Source of the DNA: Octopus sinensis
Lineage: Eukaryota
Length of the DNA stretch: 64,000 nt
Assembly: GCF_006345805.1 (NCBI RefSeq)
Contig: NW_021835953.1
Coordinates: 62,001 to 126,000 of the forward strand
Direction of reading: 5' to 3'
Position 1 is the first letter of the stretch. Each line of letters opens with the position of its first letter. Below, piece by piece: positions 55,301-64,000 of the stretch. Both the position numbers and the translations under genes were made by a program. The notes under the pieces were generated by a model. That model saw only the letters and a list, made by a program, of their open reading frames with translations, was not told where the DNA came from and did not search any database.

Positions 55301-56925
55301 GGAGAAGTTGAACCGCTCAAATGCACGCTGACAAGCGCCCGCGAAAAGATCCACTGCTAGGAACTGGCCAGGGGCAGGCGTCCACGGGGATGGTCGGCGG
55401 CCCAGGCCAGTGAAGCAGTCCTCCTCGGTGGGTGTGGGTGGCGAGTCGTGGTAATGCGCACCCAACCGGACGCGGCGCACAAAGCTGTGGACATCAACCC
55501 GCGTTTGGAATTCCTTACAGGATGGAGTGAGGGGGATGAAACGCAGACCCCTACCAAGGACGGAGCGTTCAGCCGCAGAGAGGGGAAGATCGGAGGGAAT
55601 GGTAACAACAGACGGAAGTGGAGAAGGGGTGGGTGGAATAGAAGTGGGAGGGGTGGTAGGTCTCGTGGAGGTCTGAGGGGGAGGGATTGGGGAGGTGTGT
55701 GGGGGGTGGTTGGGGGGGCAGTAGGGTTAGGTGTAGGTGGATGGAGCCTATCAGGAGGGGAGAAGGGGTTGTAGGGAGGGGCAGTGGGGTTAGGTGTGGG
55801 TGGATGGAGCCTATCGGGAGGGGAGAAGGGTAGTGGAGGAGTTGGGGTAGTGGCGTCGGGTAGGGTGGAATGGAAGAGTGATTGGAGTTTACGAAGTTTG
55901 GTATCAGAAAGAAATTGATGGAAGAGGTGATTCAAATGGATAATGAAGCGTAGCGTGTTTGGAGCATAGAGAGGCGGCAGAGAGGAGAAGAATGTGGAGA
56001 AAGCAGGAGGAAGAAGGCGGTTGATGGTATGTAGTTTAGAGAGATTGGAGCGAATGGTGGCCCGCATAAGGCGGTAAGATGTGGTGCGGAGTATGGGTAG
56101 GATGGAAGAATCCGAGTGGAGAGCAGGGTGGAAGTGGAGGCGGAAACCTTTAGGGATGAGTCGGTGATGTAGGCAGCGGCTTAGGAAAGAGACATGGCTA
56201 GAGAAGCGGGTTTCTTTAAAAAGAAGTAGAGAGATTCACGGACGGCTGAAGGCAGTTTACGGTGAGAGGACGGAGATGATCCTTCAAACGATGATGGAGG
56301 GTGAAGAGGTAGGACCTAGGATCCGGCATGATGGGATAACGGAAAAAAAACAAACGTTCGAAAAAACAAAAAAAAACAAAAAACAAAAACAAACAACAAA
56401 AAATTATCGTATGAAAAAAATGGATAAAAAAGGATAACGAAAAAAAAGGGGAAAAACAAACGTTCAAAAAAAACAAAAAAATTATAATCGTATGAAAAAA
56501 CTAGATAAGTAAGCGATAGGGGCAGAAAAGACGGGGCAAACGGAAAAGGGAAAGAAAGAAGGGAAGCAGAGAGAGGGGGAGGCAAAAAAGGGGGGTGCAG
56601 GCAGAGGAAACAGAGTATGGACATCCAGAGAGGGAAGAAGACGGAAAGGAGAACAAAAATGCAGGAAACTGTGGAAAGCATGAAATGAATGTAAAAAAGT
56701 GGTAATATATGAGAAAATAAAAATACAACAAACGGGACAAGTTCAAGGTTGAGAGTTCAAGGTTAGAAATGTGTAGACGTCGTGGTATATTTTTTAAGGA
56801 TTTCACATCAATAACAAAGTCACTTTGATCCGCGAAAGAAAGGTGCAGCCAATGGTAATTATCCAAGAGGTAAAGAAAATCCAAGGTAGAGGTAAGTGTT
56901 GATAGTGGTATTGGTAGAATATAGG

Positions 56926-56926
<1 letters not shown>
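52380..56926 (-). mobile_element. Near-full-length Penelope-like element (Neptune-type)
   Basis: ORF from ATG 56329 with HVSFLSRCLHHRLIPKGF, ANKGGAVVV, LPKIHK, GVAMG, RYIDD, FLD, CSRPRCRTC, IIYC..YIGQTGRRL; several frameshifts; tandem repeats and hammerhead motif in 3' UTR. Confidence 0.92.
52478..52518 (-). ncRNA. Minimal hammerhead-like motif (A6>U core) in Penelope 3' end
   Basis: tctt-CTGTTGA-a-gagc gtag gctc-GAAA-cg-TT-aaaga; palindromic aacgtt stem III. Confidence 0.55.
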
Positions 56927-56978
<52 letters not shown>

Positions 56979-57170
56979 TGTGTATATTTGTCTGTCTGTG
57001 TTTGTCCCTCCACCATCGCTTCACAACCGATGTTGGTGTGTTTACATTCTCGTAATCTAGCGTTTAAGCAAATAAGTACTAGGCTTACAAAAAATAAGTT
57101 CTGGGGTCGATTTTTTCGACTAAAGGCAGTGCTCCAGCATGGCCGCAGTCAAATAACTGAAACAAATAAA
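56927..57170 (+). mobile_element. SINE 3' half
   Basis: (TA)(TG) tract followed by the SINE 3' body and ctccagcatggccgcagtc tail. Confidence 0.8.
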
Positions 57171-57887
57171 ATAGTAACAAATGAATTTCAACAGACAAGG
57201 AAAGTTTTGTATATTCACTGAGGGGGAAATGTGTCTGCTTCTTAAGTAGCTAATACAGAGAGATGTATGGCAAAGAAATTGCCAAATCTTATAAAATACG
57301 GGAGTGAAAGGCGGCTAAAACACCTAGTAATGGTGTATGTGTTACTTGAATTATTTACGTTTCCTGGCAGTTTTTTTTTCTGCGAAAATATGTGGCAATA
57401 TTCCATCAGTATTTGCAGAAATATAATATATACAGTGTTGGTGTGTGTTTGTAGGTTATTTTTCTATGAAATCATTCTTAATATTGACTGATTCGGACTT
57501 AGAAGAGTGAGAAAAAGATGTTGGTAGACAGATAAATTCCACTTTATTCTAAGTAACAGTTTCAAGATGGAATTCATTCACTTCATTATTTAGATCTATA
57601 TTTTCGTATTGATCACACATCTTTAAAACAGGGAATGAAGAGGGGTAAGTGGTGATGTACAGTGAAGTATAACTGTCAACACTACGAATCATGTGAATGT
57701 AATCAAAATCATGTTCTTTATTTGATCTCCTGACAACTGCATATTGTTTATTGTGTGGCCTTTGACAAAAACACTAGCGACAGTATAATGTATTGGTAGA
57801 ATTGAAACGAAATAAACATATAAATATGATTATATACAAAATAGGAAATGTACTGGTTTATCTGTTCCATTGCCAGGAAATGCTTAC

Positions 57888-58063
57888 TGTGGTTGTGAAA
57901 ACGCTTCTAATTTTTTTCTCAAGTTTGGGTCCTTAATGAGGTCCAATGGTGTGTTATTGTTGTTGTTTTTATGGTGGAAGTCAGCTCCCTGGCTGGCGAG
58001 ATATCTCGCAACCACTACACCAGAGAGCCTTTCGTCCATGTTCAGGTTAAGGGCAGTGCAGCA
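57888..58063 (-). CDS. Gene B exon: last ankyrin repeat and pre-RING linker (phase 0-2)
   Basis: ttatttgtag / gtaag; CCTALNLNMDERLSGVVVARYLASQGADFHHKNNNNNTPLDLIKDPNLRKKLEAFSQP, as in the last MIB-type ankyrin repeat. Confidence 0.88.
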
Positions 58064-59294
58064 CTACAAATAATGAAATATAAAATGATGAGAATATTAC
58101 ACAAATATTCAAATCAAATGCCCCTAATTACACAAAAGTTCATCTAAATTTACTCATAGGTTGTTTGTCCACTAATTACAAAGTATTGAGTTCCTACATA
58201 ATCCTATTGAGTCCATTTCCAATTTTCATGTTTTTACTTTATTTTCAACACTGAGACACCCTCTAAATATATTGTCATTACATTGAGCAGGACAAACCGT
58301 ATTGATTAACATGAAGCTTATTGATAATTAATGAGTAAATATTTACTTGTCAATCACAAATATCACAATATATTCAATAGAAAAGTCAAATATAGGAAGA
58401 ACAAACCAACAAGAACCTATCTATATAATTGGCTTGATAAAGGCGACCATGTGGCCATAAGAAAGAGTATTGTATATATAAATATTACACAACATGAGAA
58501 GAAAGAACATAAGTTATATCAGAAACAAAAACACCTATAACATAACAAAGTCAATACCACACAGACATAACCAAACATATCAATAATGTTTCCATAATTA
58601 AGCAAGAAGCATCTTTGAATGATGACGGTAAAGTAAAGGAAGCAGGAATTAGTGTCAAGTCAGAAGAGTAATGGAGGAGTATTTTTAATTACGAACAAGT
58701 GAATTTTAGAAGAGGTGACTTGCAAGTCTAACAGAAAGATGGAAGAGCATTGTAGAAGATGAAGGAGAATATGTTTTAGATTAACAGAAAAAAGTACTTC
58801 GTTTATCTTAATTTTGAAAAATATAAGAATTATAAAAAAACTGCTTCATTTATGAGATGACAGCAAAAAGTCCAGTAGTATTGAAGTCCATACTGTTGAT
58901 GACATCAGATAGCCAAATACAGTAAACGGGCTCTAAACAGAATTTTACAAGATATATACTCAAACTCAAAATCATTACTTGTGTGTGTTTGTGTGTGTGT
59001 GTGTGTGTGTGTCTGTGTGTTTGTGTGTGTGAGTGCGCATGAGTGTGTGTGTACTTAAGTACAGAACTTAAATACAGAAAATCTCACTAAGTGAAAGGAG
59101 ATGGAATATTGTTTGTTACATAATATCACTCGGGTCATAAGAGGAGACTGGATCACGGAATGGTAATGGAGGATGGTGTTGATAGGGGAGAATTGATACA
59201 TGACAAGCAAAGTTTGTCTGTCTGTCTCTCTCTTTCTCACATTCATACAAAGACTCACAAATGCACAAATTCACACAGACACACACACACACGA

Positions 59295-59344
<50 letters not shown>

Positions 59345-59367
59345 ACGCAAACAATTTAAAAACTTAC

Positions 59368-59580
59368 TTTGTTTAGTAAATCCATGGGTGCATCCTCGGA
59401 ATTAAACACTTCTGTTTTCACGGCAATGTGCAAACAGCTGTTACCATCACCATCAACAGCATTCATGTTTGCACCCAGGGCTATTAACTTGTGTGTCATT
59501 CCGAGGTGACCCCGGGAAACGGCTTCAAGCAATGGTGTCATTTTCTTTTTGTTCTGAATATCCAGCTGAACTGAACTGAA
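59368..59580 (-). CDS. Gene B exon: ankyrin repeats (phase 0-0)
   Basis: LDIQNKKKMTPLLEAVSRGHLGMTHKLIALGANMNAVDGDGNSCLHIAV; gtaag donor; acceptor at 59580 (in-frame alternative 59565). Confidence 0.9.
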
Positions 59581-60527
59581 CTTTGTGGAAGTAAAAATAG
59601 AAAATGAAAATTTACATGAAAATCAGGATGGATATCAATGTGTCATTATTGTCTTCTACTGTATACTTGATCAAACTGATCATGTACATTTGGTGTTTGT
59701 CCGTAAAATCAACCTTCGTAAGATCCTCTAAGTGTTGCTATGAGAATGTGTTCTAGACAGGATAAAGATGTCCTAAATAGAATGTTTCAGCTTAATCTAC
59801 CTGTATTCCTAACTATAGTAAGTTTTAGGGGAGCTGAACACGAGTGAACACATGATTAACAGATCAAGACTAGTAAAGAACAATTAAAATTTCTAAAGTA
59901 TACTTTTGATGTTGCTATAATTAATAAGAGGTTCATAAAACTGTTGAGGTGGTTAGTGTCCACCACCATGAAATTAATGCGCGTGCACACACACATACAC
60001 AGAGACACTCAAATATATATATATATATATATATAGTGAGAGAGAGATTTATATACATTACTGTTGGATATTTAAATATATATGATGAATGAGGAATATG
60101 TAAAATGAAGTTCACGAGAAACTTTATTCATCACAACAACTGGTTTGACCCATCTTGCATCGATTCCTTGCGGGTGGGAGAGTTCTCGGTGTTGCTTGGT
60201 ATGTTGTTGTTGTCAGTAGGTTCTTGGATTATAGCATTATAGCCAACATCCTCCTGGCAACAACATGCCAAGCGAAACCGAGAATATTTAGTGAGGTTTC
60301 TTCTGTAAAACAAGACACCAGATGAGATGCATCTGCACCGGAGGATGCAACACATCCGATTATACAGTATCCAACCCACAAGGGTCCGATGCAAAATGGG
60401 TCAATACTCCATTTCCCAATCCGCCATTTGTAATAAAACTAAAAAAAACGTGAAATTTCTGAGGTAGACTAAATGACAATTATATCACGTGTGTGTGTGT
60501 GCGCAGACAGACATACAGACAGACGTG

Positions 60528-60563
<36 letters not shown>

Positions 60564-60799
60564 TACATACATACATACATACATACATACATACATACAT
60601 ACATACATACATACATACATCCATAGAGAAACTGTTCACACTTGAGGGAATTAGCAGTCCAGCGGATGTTGACATAAAGGGAAAATTAGAATATCTGGAA
60701 ATAACCTGAATAATGACATACTTACGTATATATATGTTTTCTTTGTAGAAAAGATAAATCCGGAGAAGAAGCACACTCTAAGATGTAGAGCAGTGTATA

Positions 60800-61318
60800 T
60801 TTTAAAACTGGGAAAGGCCGGTTTCCGGGATTACACTTGGTTTCCGGTCCAAAAAGGATTTAGCTTCATGGCGTATCATTAGATCCCAAAACCTGTTGGC
60901 CTAAGACCTCTTCCAAATATGGAGGGTGGAAAAGCCCTTCACCTCATTTGCCTAATCCCGTCCAATAGCTTTTTCAGCTGCATATGGGTGTATAGTTCGT
61001 TGGATGACGTGGTAATGTTATTGCTGGAGTATACGAGGTCAAATTCTTTCATATTTATGGGAGACCCGTGATTTCAGTGAATATGTAGAAACACTTCAAT
61101 GGTGAGATATTTAACAGAAACCACATGGTCACTGGGATAATCTCTTGCCAGGGACTGAAAAGGATCGTTTGCAGAAAACGTAAATCCCAGGCTTTTCCCC
61201 TTCCATAGTTTGAAGAGGTTTTAGGCCAACAGGTTTTGGAGTCTTACGATACGGTACAAAGCTAAACCCTTTATGAATGGGGAACCCAGCGTAATCCCAT
61301 AAACACCCCAATTTTTAA
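60800..61318. mobile_element. MITE-like element with ~130-bp imperfect TIRs
   Basis: cccaaaacctgttggcctaagacctcttc..gaaaagcc mirrored by ggcttttc..gaagaggttttaggccaacaggttttgg. Confidence 0.7.
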
Positions 61319-62155
61319 TATACATATATATGTATATATATATATATATAAGTGTATATGCATGTATGTATATTTACTGCTTCCTTTTTGATATCTTACT
61401 AAATCTCCTTCGCTCTTCTATAAATAACTGTTTTGTAAATTATTGTCTTCCATACATTAATATTTTGAAAATAAAATTCTGTTCTTGTATATGTATATTG
61501 CATTGAAGAATGGATGTAAACATGATATTCTATGAACTGAGGTGCTTGTCATTTATACCTGTTTTACTTTGTAAATTGTACGATGGCACTGTATGATTTA
61601 TAACCTATACACTAATGCAGACATGTAAAAGGATTTATCATACACAAAGATTTCTGTGAAACGATGTAACTGGTGAAAAAAATATATTCATCTTATCATT
61701 TCTTACTTTATATGTATATATATATGTGTGTGTATAAATATATACATATTCCGACGCATAGACATACACACACACACACACATTTATGTATGTGTATGTA
61801 TGTATATATCCATACATATATATACGCACCCACACACAGAGTTCTTTGTGTGTGTATGTATATATGTATGAGTATTCATCTTGTATGTGTGTGCATATAC
61901 GTGTGTGTATGTGTTATATGTGTGTGTGAGTGTCTTTTTGTCTTGACATCTGTGTGATAGTTGTATATGAGTGCCACTGTCATATAAGCAGGGTAACTTA
62001 TTTCCAACATTCTGCAAGATCATGTCTAGTTCTTGGCAAATGTTAGCTTCCTTGAAAAGAAGAGGAGAAGGTTGGCGATAGGGAGAGCATCCAGCTGCAG
62101 AAATTCTGCCCCAAGAAAATATATCTGAGCCAAGCAAGTATAATGATGTTGATGA

Positions 62156-62198
<43 letters not shown>

Positions 62199-62199
62199 T

Positions 62200-62618
62200 T
62201 AGATAGATAGATAGAAATAGATAGACACACACATCCATATATGGTTGTAGTGTAAGGAGCTTTTTTCCCAACCATACACGGTTCTACGTTGAATCGCTCC
62301 GCATGGAAACTCAGGCAAGTATATTCTACCCTTACCTAGGGCTGAACAAAATCTTGGTAGTGGATTTGGTAAATGAAAACTGAAAGAAGCTTCAAAACAT
62401 GGGTGTGTCTATGTGTGTGCCTATGTATGTGTGTGTGAGTGAGTGTTTGTGTGTGTGTGTGTGTGTCTGTGTGTCTGTGTGTGTGTTTGTGTGTGTGTAG
62501 TGGTTCGGTAAAGACGCTGAGAGGATAAGTGATATGCTTAAAATAAAAAAGTACTGCGATCGATATATTTGACTAAAAATTCGGTGATGCCCCAGCATGG
62601 CCGCAGGCAAATGTCTAA
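62200..62618 (+). mobile_element. Degenerate tRNA-derived SINE
   Basis: gtggatttggtaaa..aaactgaaagaagc and cccagcatggccgcag blocks. Confidence 0.7.
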
Positions 62619-62622
62619 AACA

Positions 62623-62668
<46 letters not shown>

Positions 62669-62940
62669 GATATCTATTATATTTTGGTTCATCTCATAAT
62701 GACCTTGTTTCATTTGACCATTAAAGGTATTATCATCAGTGGTGGTGGTCAGTTGGACTGTCAACACCGGTAATATCAACATCAACATGATCAATATACA
62801 ATTCCTCCACAAACACAAGGCTTTTGTAGTACATGTGATTAAATCCATCCCCATTATTTCACTGGTACCTTGATAATATTTATATTATACAGATCAATAT
62901 AATACTGGAGAGTGTATATAATATGTATTTATTAACTAAC

Positions 62941-62977
62941 CTGGTTCAGCATCAGACACACCACTTTATACCATCGC
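62941..62977 (-). CDS. Gene B ankyrin micro-exon (37 nt, phase 2-0)
   Basis: tactttcag / gttagt; completes GDTPLHVAVW-R-RWYKVVCLMLNQ and links in frame to 59580. Confidence 0.75.
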
Positions 62978-63953
62978 CTGAAAGTAATGGATGAGGAAAG
63001 GAAAGCATGAAAAAAAAACAAACATCACACAACTTGAGATAATAGTTATTAGGTCATTAACGAAAACAAATGTAATTAGGTCACAGTAACTTAATTACAG
63101 CAATTATTACACACATACTCACACACACATATATATTTATTCAATACACACTCTACACAGTAGAACAATGATATATACACACCTGAGTAAATCCAGAAAT
63201 GTAAAGACAGGAAAAATACTGCTAAGAATTCTGACAGCTTATATAAACATGAAATTTAGGAAGGAAAGACGGGCTACAGGTAATCATATGAACACCAGTA
63301 CATGACTGGTATTGTATTTTATCAACCCTGCAAAGATGGAAGGAGAAGTTGACCTTGGCAGGATTTGAACTCTGAACGTAAAGAGTCGTAAATAAAATAA
63401 CACAATTTATTTTCTCTAAAAGTAATAAGAAACAAGAACAGGAGAAAAGAAGGAGGATAGTTTATTAAAGGAACCTCTGGGTATTACTGGTACAGATTAT
63501 ATTGACCCCAGAGTGATAGAAAATATTCTGGTAGGATTTGAACATGGAACATAAAAGAGACAAATGTAAACACTGTAAGGGGATGATTCTGTATTTAGCC
63601 CAGGGTTGGAGTAAATAGGGAAACTACAAAGGAGAGAGAGTGAGGAAGAAAAAGAGAGAGTGAGAAAGTAGTTCTAGATGGGATGAAAGGAAGAAGAGAA
63701 AGGATTTGAACCTGTGACGTTGAGGAAATGGAGAACGAGATGAAGTAATGTGTCCAGTCAGGCAACAACAATAACAATTATGGTGATGATTAATTAATGA
63801 AGCAGATTAGTGTTATTTCAGTGCGAAAGAGAGAAGAAAGACAATGACCCCATGGTGGGATTATGACACGAATGACTAAATGAAAAAGAAACAAACATTA
63901 TTGAAAACATAAAAGAAACAGATTTGGATATTCCAGATCCAATGGGGACTTAC

Positions 63954-64000
63954 CTCCAAACTGCCACATGCAGTGGTGTGTCTCCATTTTTGTCCACCAC
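63954..64000 (-). CDS. Gene B ankyrin exon (partial, continues beyond the window)
   Basis: VVDKNGDTPLHVAVW, then gtaagt donor in phase 2. Confidence 0.85.

Noticed and set aside
60131-60430. 87-aa ORF as a separate gene or an exon of gene B
   Set aside because: No recognisable domain, and flanking exons 62941-62977 and 59368-59580 already join in frame
63183-63232. Possible extra exon ending cag/gtgtgt
   Set aside because: Weak acceptor, and it would interrupt an otherwise complete ankyrin repeat

Overview
AT-rich, microsatellite-dense eukaryotic DNA. The tRNA-derived SINE family and repeat landscape suggest a cephalopod, probably Octopus (inference). The window holds two convergent (tail-to-tail) paralogous multi-exon genes that the ORF track mostly misses. 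Gene A (+) contributes only its last two exons (2381-2452, 6114-6319), which encode a C-terminal death domain. Gene B (-) runs from beyond 64000 down to 30892 and encodes ankyrin repeats, then a degenerate MIB/IAP-type RING, then short linker exons, then a death domain (a Mind-bomb-like ANK-RING protein with an added death domain). Its linker exons appear to be tandem duplicates of the first death-domain exon; one carries an LC8-type DKEVQT motif and two have broken splice sites. The rest is nested transposons: a near-full-length RTE LINE, several Penelope-like elements with at least six hammerhead-ribozyme motifs (including a compensatory U3-A8 core variant), Helitrons, mariner, hAT, Gypsy, HERO-like and CMC relics, SINEs and MITEs. 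All calls were made by reading and translating the sequence by eye; no database searches were run, and TE boundaries are approximate.
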